From: an uncultured delta proteobacterium
GTDB lineage: Bacteria > Myxococcota_A > Polyangia > Polyangiales > Houyiibacteriaceae
Assembly: GCA_963699755.1 (NCBI GenBank)
Contig: CAVOVB010000008.1
Span: 64,001 to 128,000, forward strand
Reading direction: 5' to 3'
DNA length: 64,000 nt
Shown: positions 48,481 to 58,943 of the stretch, in pieces
Layout: every line of letters begins with the position of its first letter
How positions within the stretch are numbered: position 1 is the stretch's first letter
Translations under genes and position numbers: made by a program
Notes under the pieces: model-generated
The model's database searches: none
What the model was told of the DNA's origin: nothing
The model's input: only the letters and a program-made list of their open reading frames with translations

Positions 48481-49983
48481 ATGACGCTCGCGCAGCTCCA
48501 GAATCGTGGTGTCACGGGCCGCATTTCGGGAATGGCGTCGCAAATGGTTCGCGGTGTGCAGCACGACTCCCGACAGGTGAGGTCCGGCGACCTCTTCGTC
48601 GCGCTGCCCGGAGCCACCCACGACGGCCTGAGCTTCGTAGGCGACGCTCTCGAGCGCGGCGCCGTCGCGGTCATGGCCGAACAGGAAGCCGCCTTCGAGG
48701 TTCCTCAGATCACGGTGCCCGACGCACGCGCAGCGCTCGCACTTGCCGCCGAGCTGGTCTACGGTGAACCCACCAGCTTCCTGCATACCGTTGGGATCAC
48801 GGGTACCAATGGGAAGACGACGACCGCGTACCTTCTGAAATGCGCGCTCGAAGGAGTCTCAGCCAAGCCCGCGCTCGTCGGTACGACGGGCCTGCTCACG
48901 CCGAGCGCGGAGCGCGCTTCGCTGCACACGACACCAGAAGGCGATGACATTTCGCGATTCGCGCGTGAAGCGCTCGACGCAGGAGCGACCCACCTGGTAC
49001 TCGAGGTCTCGAGCCATGGCCTTGCGATGCATCGGGTCGACGCCATCGACTTCGAGGTCGCCGCGTTCACCAACCTCTCTCGCGACCACCTGGACTTCCA
49101 CCAGAGCATGGAGCGCTATGGCGAAGCGAAGGCCCGTCTCTTCACCGAGCTAGGGCCCAAGCAGCGGGTCATCCACGTCGACGATCGGTTCGGAGCCGAG
49201 CTTGCCGCCCGCCTGCACGGGCCCGTGATTCGTTGCTCACGCCGCACTGGAAGCAAGGCCGAGATCGTAGCAACCAACTGGTCGGTAACGCGTGCCGGGA
49301 TTCGTGCGGAGGTTCGAACACCGGGAGGGGAGGTCGCGATTGAGAGCCCCATGCTCGGAGAGCACAACCTCGAAAACCTTCTTGTAGGGCTGGGTTGTGC
49401 GTATGCGCTCGGCCTCGACTTGAACGCTGTCACCATGGCCTGGAAGAGCGCCCCTGGCAGTCCCGGGCGACTCGAGCGAATTCCGCACCCGCAAGACGTT
49501 GCCGTGCTCGTGGACTACGCCCACACCCCAGAGGCGCTGCAGAGGGTTCTTCAGACGATGCGCGCGGTGACTCCGAATCGCTTGATCGTCGTATTCGGGG
49601 CCGGAGGAGAGAGAGACAAGGGGAAACGGCCCGAGATGGGCCGGGTGGGCGTGCAGGGGGCCGACCTCTGCGTGTTGACCAGCGACAACCCGCGAAACGA
49701 AGACCCGCAACAGATCCTCGACGAGATCGCCGCAGGCGCGGAGCAGGCAGGGGGCGCTCGTCTCAGCGCGGCCGACCTGATGGCTGCGAGGCGCGGCTAC
49801 TGTACGATCCTCGATCGAGGCAAGGCAATCGAAGCGAGCATCCGAGCGACCGGTATCGGGGACACTGTGCTGCTGGCCGGCAAAGGCCATGAAACTTACC
49901 AGATCATCGGCACGGAGCGAAGGCAGTTCGACGATCGCGAAAAAGCGCGCGCGGTGATCGCGAGCATGGCGGGAGGCGAATGA
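48481..49983 (+). CDS. murE: UDP-MurNAc-tripeptide synthetase (meso-DAP type)
   Basis: GITGTNGKTT, HTTP, EVSSH, DHLDFH, DYAHTP, SDNPR, AGKGHE. Confidence 0.96.
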   Translation: MTLAQLQNRGVTGRISGMASQMVRGVQHDSRQVRSGDLFVALPGATHDGLSFVGDALERGAVAVMAEQEAAFEVPQITVPDARAALALAAELVYGEPTSFLHTVGITGTNGKTTTAYLLKCALEGVSAKPALVGTTGLLTPSAERASLHTTPEGDDISRFAREALDAGATHLVLEVSSHGLAMHRVDAIDFEVAAFTNLSRDHLDFHQSMERYGEAKARLFTELGPKQRVIHVDDRFGAELAARLHGPVIRCSRRTGSKAEIVATNWSVTRAGIRAEVRTPGGEVAIESPMLGEHNLENLLVGLGCAYALGLDLNAVTMAWKSAPGSPGRLERIPHPQDVAVLVDYAHTPEALQRVLQTMRAVTPNRLIVVFGAGGERDKGKRPEMGRVGVQGADLCVLTSDNPRNEDPQQILDEIAAGAEQAGGARLSAADLMAARRGYCTILDRGKAIEASIRATGIGDTVLLAGKGHETYQIIGTERRQFDDREKARAVIASMAGGE

Positions 49984-51389
49984 TGGCGACGCCAATTCCC
50001 GTCAATCAAGCTCAGTTCAGTCGAGATCAGCTGCTCTCGGCCACCCGCGGCAACTCGGTCGGTCCTTCTTGGGATTGCGTTTCGGGCATCGTGACTGACT
50101 CGCGCGCAATCGAGCGGGGCAACCTCTTCGTAGCCCTTCGCGGAGAGCACTTCGATGCGCGCGAGTTCGCGGCGCAGGCGATGGACGCAGGCGCGGCGGC
50201 GGTCCTGGTGGAGCGTGGAACCTCACTTCCTCCTCACGTGAGCGCGGTGGAGGTGGACGACACACTTCACGCGCTCGGCGACCTGGCGAGGGCTCATCGC
50301 AATCGATGGAGCGGAAAGGTGATCGGGATCACCGGTTCGGTCGGCAAGACGACCACCAAGGAGCTCTGCGCAGCGGCGCTGAGCGCCGCAGGCTGTCGAG
50401 TGCTCAAGACCAGCGGGAACCTGAACAATCGAATCGGCGTTCCGATGACCCTGTTCCGACTCGACGCGACCGTAGACACAGCGGTGATCGAGATGGGCAC
50501 CAGTGAGTCGGGAGAGATCGCACGCTTGGCGCAAATCGCCTCACCGGATGTAGGCATCGTGACTCGGGCCACCATCGCCCACACCGAAGGGCTCGGCTCG
50601 GTCGAAGCAGTGGCGGATGAGAAGGTCTCGCTGCTCCACGCGCTCCCAGCGGACGGCGTCGCCGTTGCCTTTGGAGACGACCCCCGGTTGAAGAAACGCG
50701 CCTCGATGGTCGCGGCCAAGCGCAAGCTCTTCTACGGCCACTCTGCCGCGAATGACGTGCGAGTGGTCGACTGGGGTGTCGGCTCAGCGGGGACCCAGGC
50801 CCGATTCCAAATTCGCGGGAGAGACCTCGTCATCGCGATGACTTTGCTCGGAGAAGGTGCCGTGCTCAACGCGGCGGGTGCCCTTGCGATCGTGTTCGGC
50901 TTGGACCTGCCGCTCGAAGATGCGGCGCGGGGGCTTGCGCTGGTCGAGCCTTCGCCGGGCCGTTTGCAGCCGAGGGCGGGAAGCGGCGACCGCCTGATCA
51001 TCGATGACACATACAACGCGAATCCCGCGTCCATGGAAGTCGCATTGGACGCCGCCCGGGCGATCGCCGAGAAGCGGAACGCGCCATTGGTCGCGGTCCT
51101 GGGCGATATGAAGGAGCTCGGCACGCACGCTGAGGAGGCACACCGCAAGCTGGGTGAGCTCGTTTCTCAGGCGGGCGCGTTTCTCTTCGTCGGCTGCGGC
51201 AAAGGCATGCACGAGGCAGTGGCCGAGGCGAACGCGCGTGGTACCGACACGCTCTGGTTCGAGGACGCCACGGAGTACGGAGAGCTTTCCGAGCGGCTTC
51301 CCCTCAACGCAGTCATTCTCGTGAAGGGCTCTCGGTCGATGCAAATGGAACGTGTCATCACCGCGCTTCTAGAGGGGGTGCAGCGATGA
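49980..51389 (+). CDS. murF: UDP-MurNAc-pentapeptide synthetase
   Basis: GITGSVGKTTTKE, NLNNRIGVP, EMG, DDTYNANPASM, LGDMKELG, VKGSR. Confidence 0.96.
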   Translation: MMATPIPVNQAQFSRDQLLSATRGNSVGPSWDCVSGIVTDSRAIERGNLFVALRGEHFDAREFAAQAMDAGAAAVLVERGTSLPPHVSAVEVDDTLHALGDLARAHRNRWSGKVIGITGSVGKTTTKELCAAALSAAGCRVLKTSGNLNNRIGVPMTLFRLDATVDTAVIEMGTSESGEIARLAQIASPDVGIVTRATIAHTEGLGSVEAVADEKVSLLHALPADGVAVAFGDDPRLKKRASMVAAKRKLFYGHSAANDVRVVDWGVGSAGTQARFQIRGRDLVIAMTLLGEGAVLNAAGALAIVFGLDLPLEDAARGLALVEPSPGRLQPRAGSGDRLIIDDTYNANPASMEVALDAARAIAEKRNAPLVAVLGDMKELGTHAEEAHRKLGELVSQAGAFLFVGCGKGMHEAVAEANARGTDTLWFEDATEYGELSERLPLNAVILVKGSRSMQMERVITALLEGVQR

Positions 51390-52513
51390 TCTACTATTTG
51401 CTGTACCCACTGCACGAGTACGAATCGCTCTCTTTTCTGAACGTTCTCCGCTATGTGCCGTTCCGTTTCCTGATGGCAACGATGACGTCGCTCTTACTGA
51501 CCTTCGGGCTCTATCCTTGGTTCATTCGCCGTCTGCAGAGCAAGCAGATCGGGCAAGTCATTCGCGCTGAAGGCCCCGAGACGCACTTCTCCAAGGCTGG
51601 CACGCCGACGATGGGCGGTGCCTTGATGCTGCTAGCCCTGGTTCTCTCGACTGTGCTCTGGGCGGACCCGGCGAATGCCATGGTCTGGGTCGTGACCCTG
51701 ATCACCGTGGCGTACGGTGTGGTCGGCTATATCGATGACACTTCCAAGATTCGAACGCGCTCGACCGGTGGTCTCTCGGGCCGGTACAAGCTCCTCTTGC
51801 AGTTCGCGGTGGCCATCGCGATTTGCACTTGGCTCTATTACGGCGAGACGGGTCTTCCTGGCGACTGGCTCGAAATTCGAAATAGGCTTGCAGCGCCCTT
51901 CTTGGCGTTCTCGAAGTACCCGATCGAGCTGCCCCCCTGGCTCTATGTCGTCTTCTCTTCGTTCGTCATCGTCGGCACTTCAAACGCGGTGAACTTGACC
52001 GACGGCCTCGACGGTCTCGCCATCGGCCCGGTGATGATCTCGGCGGGGACCTACGCAATCCTGGCGTACCTCGCAGGCCTGACCCTATTCGGCAACGTGG
52101 TCGCAGGGTACCTGGACATCCCTCACATCGAAAGCGCGGGCGAGCTCAGCATCTTTGCCGCTTCGGTAGTCGGCGTCGGTTTTGGCTTCCTTTGGTACAA
52201 CACCTATCCCGCTCAGGTCTTCATGGGCGACGTCGGCTCGCTCGCGCTTGGCGGAGGTCTCGGCTCCCTGGCTGTGCTCACGAAGAACGAGCTCCTATCT
52301 GTGATCCTCGGAGGCATCTTCGTCGTCGAGGCCGTGAGCGTCATCGTGCAGGTCGGCTACTTCCGAGCGACCGGGCGCCGCATTTTCCTCATGGCGCCCA
52401 TTCATCACCATTTCGAGAAGAAGGGTTGGCCCGAGCCCAGGGTCATCGTTCGTTTTTGGATTATTGCGATCGTGCTGGCGGTGTTCAGCCTCGCCACCTT
52501 GAAATTGAGGTAA
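51386..52513 (+). CDS. mraY: Phospho-N-acetylmuramoyl-pentapeptide transferase
   Basis: KAGTPTMGG, NAVNLTDGLDGL, VFMGDVGS, MAPIHHHFE. Confidence 0.97.
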   Translation: MIYYLLYPLHEYESLSFLNVLRYVPFRFLMATMTSLLLTFGLYPWFIRRLQSKQIGQVIRAEGPETHFSKAGTPTMGGALMLLALVLSTVLWADPANAMVWVVTLITVAYGVVGYIDDTSKIRTRSTGGLSGRYKLLLQFAVAIAICTWLYYGETGLPGDWLEIRNRLAAPFLAFSKYPIELPPWLYVVFSSFVIVGTSNAVNLTDGLDGLAIGPVMISAGTYAILAYLAGLTLFGNVVAGYLDIPHIESAGELSIFAASVVGVGFGFLWYNTYPAQVFMGDVGSLALGGGLGSLAVLTKNELLSVILGGIFVVEAVSVIVQVGYFRATGRRIFLMAPIHHHFEKKGWPEPRVIVRFWIIAIVLAVFSLATLKLR

Positions 52514-52515
52514 CC

Positions 52516-53868
52516 GTGGAGCTCGCTGAGAAGAATACGATGGTGGTTGGGCTTGGCGAGAGCGGGCTGGCGGTCGTGCGGTTCTTGAGGCAGCGCGGCG
52601 CCCGCGTTCGGGTCAACGACCGGCGTGAACGGCAGGCGCTTGGCGCATCCGCCCTGGAAGCCGAGGCGCTAGGCGCGGAGCTGCTACTGGGTGGTCACCC
52701 CGCGAGCGCCTTCAAAGGCTTGGATCTGATAGTGGTATCTCCCGGCGTGCCGCCGATGCTGGAGCTCGAGAACGCCGAGAAACGCGGCGTTCCGGTGGTG
52801 AGCGAAGTGGAGCTCGCCGCGCGATTCATCGAGGCTCCGATCGTCGCGATCACCGGGACCAATGGCAAGAGCACGGTGACCACGATGATCGGAGAGATGT
52901 GCAGCCGTCATGGTCCCCCGACCTTCGTCGGAGGCAACCTGGGCCGTCCGATGATCGAGGCGGTGGATACCGACGCGGGCAGGAAGGGCGGCTTGGTCGT
53001 GGCAGAGCTTTCGAGCTTTCAGTTGGAGCGGGTTTCTCAGATGAAGGCCCACGTCGCGGTCTTGCTCAACGTCACCGCGGATCACCTCGACCGCTACCCG
53101 TCTTTCGAGGCATATGCCGCCGCCAAGGCTAGGGTCTTCGAGAGGCAGACCGCGGACGACTTCGCGATTCTCCCTGCCGACTCTCCCGATCTTCGAGAGC
53201 TCATTGCGGACGACGGAACCGTTGTCTTGTTCGGTGGACGCAACGGTGACGTTCGCGTCGTCGATGGCGTGCTCGTCGACACGCAGAGCGACCTCCGGGT
53301 TCCGGTCGAGGAGTTGGGGATCCGAGGTTCGCACAACGTGTCAAACGCCTGCGCTGCGGCTCTCGCCGCTCGCTTGCTCGGCGTGCGCGAGGAAGACATC
53401 GCCGCGGTGCTCCGCGACTTCAAAGGACTCGCCCATCGCACGCAGTACGTCGACTCGGTTGATGGCGTCGAGTACATCGACGATTCCAAGGCTACCAACG
53501 TGGGTGCGGCCGTCGCGTCGATCGACGGATTGGCGGGTTCGAATGGAAAGATCGTTCTCATCGCTGGTGGCGTCGACAAGGGCGGTAGCTATCAGCCGCT
53601 CCGTCAGCGAATGACTGAAGACGGAAGAGCGCTGGTCGTCCTCGGTGAAGCAGCGCCGTTGCTGGAGCAAGCATTCCTAGGCTCGACAATCGAGCTCCGT
53701 CGCGCCGAGTCGATGGTGGAAGCCGTCCACCAGGCAGCCGCGCTAGCCCATCCCGGAGACACCGTCTTGCTGGCACCAGCGTGCTCGAGCTTCGACATGT
53801 TCCGCTCCTACGCCGAGCGAGGCGATGAGTTCCAACGAGCAGTCGCAACCCTTGGAGGGCAATCATGA
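52516..53868 (+). CDS. murD: UDP-MurNAc-L-Ala-D-Glu ligase
   Basis: VGLGESG, SPGVP, ITGTNGKST, ELSSFQL, DHLDRY, DDSKATN, APACSSFDMF. Confidence 0.96.
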   Translation: MELAEKNTMVVGLGESGLAVVRFLRQRGARVRVNDRRERQALGASALEAEALGAELLLGGHPASAFKGLDLIVVSPGVPPMLELENAEKRGVPVVSEVELAARFIEAPIVAITGTNGKSTVTTMIGEMCSRHGPPTFVGGNLGRPMIEAVDTDAGRKGGLVVAELSSFQLERVSQMKAHVAVLLNVTADHLDRYPSFEAYAAAKARVFERQTADDFAILPADSPDLRELIADDGTVVLFGGRNGDVRVVDGVLVDTQSDLRVPVEELGIRGSHNVSNACAAALAARLLGVREEDIAAVLRDFKGLAHRTQYVDSVDGVEYIDDSKATNVGAAVASIDGLAGSNGKIVLIAGGVDKGGSYQPLRQRMTEDGRALVVLGEAAPLLEQAFLGSTIELRRAESMVEAVHQAAALAHPGDTVLLAPACSSFDMFRSYAERGDEFQRAVATLGGQS

Positions 53869-55064
53869 GTCCTTCTTCGAAACCCGCGCCGAAGAGGGTA
53901 GCCGGACCGGTCGACGTGACTCTTGCCGCAACACTGGTTGGGCTGATCGCGTTCGGCGTGGTGATGGTCTACAGCGCGAGCGCGGTCTACGCGAACAACA
54001 TGTTTGGGAACGGGTACCACTTTCTGATCCGGCAAACGGTGTTTGCCTTCGCGGCCTTGGTGGTGCTCTTCGCGTTCGCTCGCGTCGACATCCAGTTGCT
54101 CCGACGCTCGACCTATCCGGTTCTCCTCATCTCAGTGCTACTGATGATCGCGGTCGCCCTCGGTTTCGGCCGTAGTGCGGGTGGTGCCACACGCTGGCTT
54201 GCCGTCGGTCCGGTCAACGTGCAGCCGGCAGAGCTCGCCAAGTTGGCGATGATCATCTGGCTTGCCCATTCTTTGGCGAAGAAGTCTCATCGCGTACGGA
54301 CTTTCGCCATCGGCTTCCTCCCGCACGTGCTCGTGGCCGGGCTGCTGATGCTACTCTGCCTTGCGCAGCCCGACTTCGGCAGCGCCGTCATGATTGCGCT
54401 CCTGACGTTCGTGGTTCTCTTCGCGGCAGGCGCGAAGGCGGGCTACCTGCTCGGTTGCGTCTTGCTCGCCGTCCCCGTGGGCTACGCCGCGATCGCCTCG
54501 TCCCCATATCGAATGCGCCGCATCATGGCGTTCCTCGAGCCGTTCGAGCACAGGCAGGGCGCCGGCTATCAGATCACGGAGTCCTTGATGGGCTTCGGCT
54601 CCGGCGGCTGGACAGGCGTGGGGCTTGGTGACGGCCGCCAGAAGCTCTTGTTCCTGCCCGAAGCGCACACGGATTTCATCAGCGCGATCATCGGGGAGGA
54701 GCTCGGATTCATCGGGGTCGTCCTTCTGAGCGCGGCCTTCGCCTGGGTCGTCTTTCGCGGCCTTCGCGCGGCATGGCGCGCCCAGGACGACTACTCCGGC
54801 TACCTGGCGGCGGGCATGGCCTTGTTCATTGGCCTTCAGGCGTTCACCAATCTGGCGGTCGCCATGGGTCTTCTGCCCACAAAAGGCCTCGCGCTTCCCT
54901 TTGTCAGCTACGGGGGTTCGTCTCTGCTCGTGAACGCCGCCGCCGCTGGCATCATACTGAACACATCGCGTTTCGGCGCGACGCGCCCGGAACAAGCCCC
55001 CAAAAAAACAGAAGCTGCGCAACGTCGAGCAAGTCTCCGGACCGCGCGGGGAGGTGCACGATGA
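53865..55064 (+). CDS. ftsW: SEDS peptidoglycan polymerase FtsW
   Basis: VMVYSAS, GATRW, QPAELAK, QPDFG, LPEAHTDFI, LPFVSYGGSS. Confidence 0.96.
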   Translation: MSPSSKPAPKRVAGPVDVTLAATLVGLIAFGVVMVYSASAVYANNMFGNGYHFLIRQTVFAFAALVVLFAFARVDIQLLRRSTYPVLLISVLLMIAVALGFGRSAGGATRWLAVGPVNVQPAELAKLAMIIWLAHSLAKKSHRVRTFAIGFLPHVLVAGLLMLLCLAQPDFGSAVMIALLTFVVLFAAGAKAGYLLGCVLLAVPVGYAAIASSPYRMRRIMAFLEPFEHRQGAGYQITESLMGFGSGGWTGVGLGDGRQKLLFLPEAHTDFISAIIGEELGFIGVVLLSAAFAWVVFRGLRAAWRAQDDYSGYLAAGMALFIGLQAFTNLAVAMGLLPTKGLALPFVSYGGSSLLVNAAAAGIILNTSRFGATRPEQAPKKTEAAQRRASLRTARGGAR

Positions 55065-56335
55065 TCGAGCGCATCATGATCGCAGGAGGCGGCACGGGAG
55101 GTCATCTCTTCCCGGGCCTTGCGGTCGTCGAGGAGCTTCGACGTAGGATTCCGGGCCTAGAGGTGAAGTTCGTCGGGACGGCCCGTGGCATCGAGGCTCG
55201 TATTCTGCCGAGCCGCGGTGAAGCCTTGGAGCTTCTCAAGGTGACGCCGCTCAAGGGGCAGGGCGTTGGCGCGCGCTTCAAGAGCTTCGCCCGAATTCCA
55301 AGCGCGATGAAGGAGGCTTCCTCTTTGATGCGGGACTTCGAGCCGGACCTGGTACTTGGTGTCGGTGGCTACGCGTCTGGTCCGGTGCTCCTTGCGGCTT
55401 CGCTTTCGGGAAGGCGGACTGCCCTTCTCGAACAGAACGCCTACGTCGGAATGACCAACCGCATCCTCGCCCGATTCGTGGACCGTGCGTACATCACCTT
55501 CGAGCAGACCGAAGAGGTGTTCGGAGCGAACAAGTCACGATTGACCGGCAATCCGGTTCGGCACGAGTTCGTCGAACACGCGCGTCTGGCCTTGGCGGAC
55601 CCAGAAGGCTTCGAAGCGCGCGCGCGCTCGGTGCTCATCCTAGGCGGGTCGCAAGGTGCTCGAAAGCTCAACGAAGACCTACCTCGAGCACTCGCTCAGG
55701 CCGGCATTGCGATGTGCAACCTCGAGGTCGTGCACCAGACCGGCGAGTCGATGCGCGAGGAGGTCGAGGCGACCTATCGAGAGCTCGGCATCCCAGCCAG
55801 GGTCGTCACCTTCATCGACGAGATCGCGCGTGCCTATTCAAACGCGGCGCTCGTGGTGGCGCGTGCGGGCGCCACGACCTTGGCGGAGCTCTGCGCCATC
55901 GGCCGCCCGTCAATCCTGATCCCATTCCCATTCGCAGCGGATGATCACCAAGCCAAGAATGCAGAAGCGCTCGAAGAGCAGGGTGCATCAATTTGCATTC
56001 GAGAGTCCGAGCTCGAGGTAGAGGGCCTTGGGGCGCTGATCGGGGAGCTACTCGACGATCCTGCCAGGCGCCAGGCCATGGCCCGGGCTGCCCGTGAGCA
56101 CGGTCGGCCGGATGCCGCAGCGGCGATCGTCGACGACATGATGGGCTGGATCGGTGGTGTGGAGCCCTCGGGCGAGAACACCGCGGCGCCGCAAAGCGAA
56201 GCGCCGTCAGGCATGCAGTACGGCGGCCTCGCTACGGACCCGATGCTTCGGCTGGGCTGTCCTGCAGTCGCCCTGCGCCGCGTCGCGCATCGGCCGCGCC
56301 GCCCAGTTGTCGTGGACGGAGCCGTGTGGGAGTAA
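55061..56335 (+). CDS. murG: Lipid II GlcNAc transferase MurG
   Basis: AGGGTGGHLFP, GGYASGP, EQN, GNPVR, GGSQGA, RAGATT, DHQAKNA. Confidence 0.96.
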   Translation: MIERIMIAGGGTGGHLFPGLAVVEELRRRIPGLEVKFVGTARGIEARILPSRGEALELLKVTPLKGQGVGARFKSFARIPSAMKEASSLMRDFEPDLVLGVGGYASGPVLLAASLSGRRTALLEQNAYVGMTNRILARFVDRAYITFEQTEEVFGANKSRLTGNPVRHEFVEHARLALADPEGFEARARSVLILGGSQGARKLNEDLPRALAQAGIAMCNLEVVHQTGESMREEVEATYRELGIPARVVTFIDEIARAYSNAALVVARAGATTLAELCAIGRPSILIPFPFAADDHQAKNAEALEEQGASICIRESELEVEGLGALIGELLDDPARRQAMARAAREHGRPDAAAAIVDDMMGWIGGVEPSGENTAAPQSEAPSGMQYGGLATDPMLRLGCPAVALRRVAHRPRRPVVVDGAVWE

Positions 56336-56341
56336 GCGAGC

Positions 56342-57715
56342 ATGTTTCGCGGCAGAATTCGGTCCATCCATTTCGTTGGCGTCGGCGGTGTCGGGATGAG
56401 CGGCATTGCAGAGGTGCTGCTCGACTCCGGCTTTGACGTGACCGGTTCCGACCTCCGTCTGAACGACTACACGAGACGCCTCGCCGACAAAGGCGCGAAA
56501 ATCTACGTCGGCCACCAAGCCGCACAGGTTGCCGAGGCCGACGTCGTCGTCTTCTCTTCGGCAGTTCCGCCCACCAACCCCGAGCTGTTGGCGGCACGCC
56601 AGGCTGGTGTGCCGGTGATCCCTCGCGCGGAAATGCTCGGCGAGCTAATGAGGCTCAAGGACGGCATCGCCATCGCGGGATCGCACGGCAAGACGACGAC
56701 AACATCGTTAGTCGCGACCGTTCTCCGAGAGGCAGGTCTCGACCCAACGGTCATCATTGGAGGCAAGCTCAACGCGCTCGGCTCGGGAGCAGCCAGGGGC
56801 GCGGGAGACTTGCTCGTGGCGGAAGCTGACGAGTCCGATGGTTCCTTTCACCACCTCATTCCGTCGATCGCGGTGATTACCAACATCGATCCAGAGCACC
56901 TCGATCACTACGGAAGCCTCGACGCGGTGAAAGAAGCCTTCGTCGATTTCGCGAATCGCGTTCCCTTCTTCGGCTTGGTGGTTGCCTGTCTCGATCATCC
57001 GAACGTGCAGGATATTCTCCCTAGACTCGACAAGCGCATCGTGACCTACGGGTTTTCGGCACATGCGGACTACCGGGCTCGGAACCCGGTGTTTTCGGGT
57101 CTTACAGTAGGCTTCGATGTCGAGCATCAGGGAAGAAGCTTGGGTCAGTTCGAGGTTCGCATGCCGGGCATCCACAACGTCCTCAACGCGCTTGCAACGA
57201 TCGCGGTTGCGGACGAGCTTCGGGTGGACCACGACCTGGTGCGTTCGGCGCTAAGGGGCTTCGAAGGCGTGCAACGGCGCTTCTCGATCGTTGGCGAAGA
57301 GAGGGGGGTGACGATCATCGACGACTATGGGCATCATCCAGCCGAGGTGGAGGTGACTCTCGAGGCTGCGCAGAAGGCCTATCGCTCGCGAATCGTGGTC
57401 GCCTTTCAGCCCCATCGGTACAGCAGGACTCGAGACCTCTTCGACGAGCTCACCAGAGCCTTCAATCGGGCGGATGTCCTATTCTTGACCGAGGTCTACG
57501 CCGCAGGCGAAAAACCCATCGAGGGGGCGAATGCGCGTCGACTCGCGGAGGCGATTCGCGCGCACGGACATCGAGACGTGACCTTGGTGGAAGATCGAAA
57601 GGATTTGGCTGACGCCGTAGGCGCGCGGGTTCGCTCGGGTGACGTCGTCATCACCTTGGGTGCCGGCGACATCACGCGCACAGGGCCGGAGCTCCTCGAG
57701 GTGCTCCGCCGATGA
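56342..57715 (+). CDS. murC: UDP-MurNAc-L-alanine ligase
   Basis: [46 protein letters not shown]. Confidence 0.97.
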   Translation: MFRGRIRSIHFVGVGGVGMSGIAEVLLDSGFDVTGSDLRLNDYTRRLADKGAKIYVGHQAAQVAEADVVVFSSAVPPTNPELLAARQAGVPVIPRAEMLGELMRLKDGIAIAGSHGKTTTTSLVATVLREAGLDPTVIIGGKLNALGSGAARGAGDLLVAEADESDGSFHHLIPSIAVITNIDPEHLDHYGSLDAVKEAFVDFANRVPFFGLVVACLDHPNVQDILPRLDKRIVTYGFSAHADYRARNPVFSGLTVGFDVEHQGRSLGQFEVRMPGIHNVLNALATIAVADELRVDHDLVRSALRGFEGVQRRFSIVGEERGVTIIDDYGHHPAEVEVTLEAAQKAYRSRIVVAFQPHRYSRTRDLFDELTRAFNRADVLFLTEVYAAGEKPIEGANARRLAEAIRAHGHRDVTLVEDRKDLADAVGARVRSGDVVITLGAGDITRTGPELLEVLRR

Positions 57716-58809
57716 ATCGTAGGCGGCCCCCATCGACAGGCCGAAAGAAGCCGGCTCGAAAGAAGCCGATTCAAAGGAAGCCAGCCGAGAAGAAGGACGC
57801 CCGGCAGCGGCCCGCCCGTAGGAACGTGGCCGCCAAGAAGGCCGCCTCCAGGCAGGCCGCCGCACAGAAAGCGACACGAAAGCCGCCTACCGAGAAGGCG
57901 CCCCGCAAGAAGCTAACGTGGAAGTGGACGGCGAGTGACCGCAGTCAGAATCGGCGGCGCCCGGTCCCGAAGACGCCGGGGCGCCACAAGCCCGAGAGGA
58001 GCTGGCGTGAGCGGGCCACCGGCGCCCGTCAGGCGCTCGGCGGGACGCTTCTCGCGCATAGGGCAGGCGTCCGCCGCGTGGCTCAGGTGGCCCTGGGTGG
58101 ATTGCTGCTGACCGCCGCGCTTTGGCTCGGAGACCAAACCGTCCGCTACGCACACGAGGCGGATGCCTTTGCGATTCGCGAGATCATCATCGACGGTGAT
58201 GAGCAGCTCGAAGACATCGACGTCCGCAGGGCGGCGCGGCTGCAAATAGGCTCCAATATATTCAAGATTTCCGCTGAAGACGCCCGTAATCACTTGCTTC
58301 AACACCCATGGATTAAGGAAGCGACCGTGGTTCGCAAGTTGCCGGGTCGCGTCCGTATCGAAATCATCGAGCGCACGCCTGTTGCCCTGGTCGCCCTCGA
58401 CCAACTCTATCTCGTCAGCGAAGAAGGGGCGGTCTTCAAGCGGCTTGGGGTGGACGATCCGGTCGACTTGCCGGTCATCACGGGCATCGCATCGGAGCGC
58501 TTCTACGACGACTTCGACTATCGCACCGCGATCCTGCTTCGGTCGATGGCCCTTCTTCAAGACTACGAAGGCGCGGGCCTCGCAGAGCGAGAGCCGGTGT
58601 CGGAAATTCATTTTGAAGGCGCCAATGGGATCGAGCTCTTCGTCGGGGACGACGGCATGAACGTGCGCCTGGGCAACGGCCAACACCGGCAAAAGCTCCG
58701 ACGCCTGCGCCAAGTCCTCGAGCGGCTTAGTGAAGAGAAGACGCGCCCTTCCTACGTATACCTCGACAACGATCGAAGTCCTGAGCGCGTCACCGTTCGG
58801 CTGCCGTAG
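57712..58809 (+). CDS. ftsQ: Cell division protein FtsQ/DivIB with a long basic N-terminal tail
   Basis: TM helix, POTRA ([10 protein letters not shown]...[23 protein letters not shown]), LPVITG; between murC and ftsA. Confidence 0.9.
   Translation: MNRRRPPSTGRKKPARKKPIQRKPAEKKDARQRPARRNVAAKKAASRQAAAQKATRKPPTEKAPRKKLTWKWTASDRSQNRRRPVPKTPGRHKPERSWRERATGARQALGGTLLAHRAGVRRVAQVALGGLLLTAALWLGDQTVRYAHEADAFAIREIIIDGDEQLEDIDVRRAARLQIGSNIFKISAEDARNHLLQHPWIKEATVVRKLPGRVRIEIIERTPVALVALDQLYLVSEEGAVFKRLGVDDPVDLPVITGIASERFYDDFDYRTAILLRSMALLQDYEGAGLAEREPVSEIHFEGANGIELFVGDDGMNVRLGNGQHRQKLRRLRQVLERLSEEKTRPSYVYLDNDRSPERVTVRLP
57742..57876 (+). repeat. Degenerate 15-bp tandem repeat encoding basic pentapeptides in ftsQ
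   Basis: cgaaagaagccggct cgaaagaagccgatt caaaggaagccagcc... = [45 protein letters not shown]. Confidence 0.7.
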
Positions 58810-58824
58810 CGAAGCAGGGGACCA

Positions 58825-58850
58825 AGCCCCTTCTCGAAGGGGTTAATTTC
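58825..58850 (+). terminator. Possible hairpin/terminator between ftsQ and ftsA
   Basis: AGCCCCTT-CTCG-AAGGGGTT followed by AATTTC (weak U tract). Confidence 0.45.
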
Positions 58851-58943
58851 ATCGCGCAGAAAAGTGCATTTCAGCCCATTTTTTTCTGCACAAAAGTTGT
58901 CCCAGCAAATCTCGTTTCGGTATGGGTCAGTGAGAGGCGAGGG

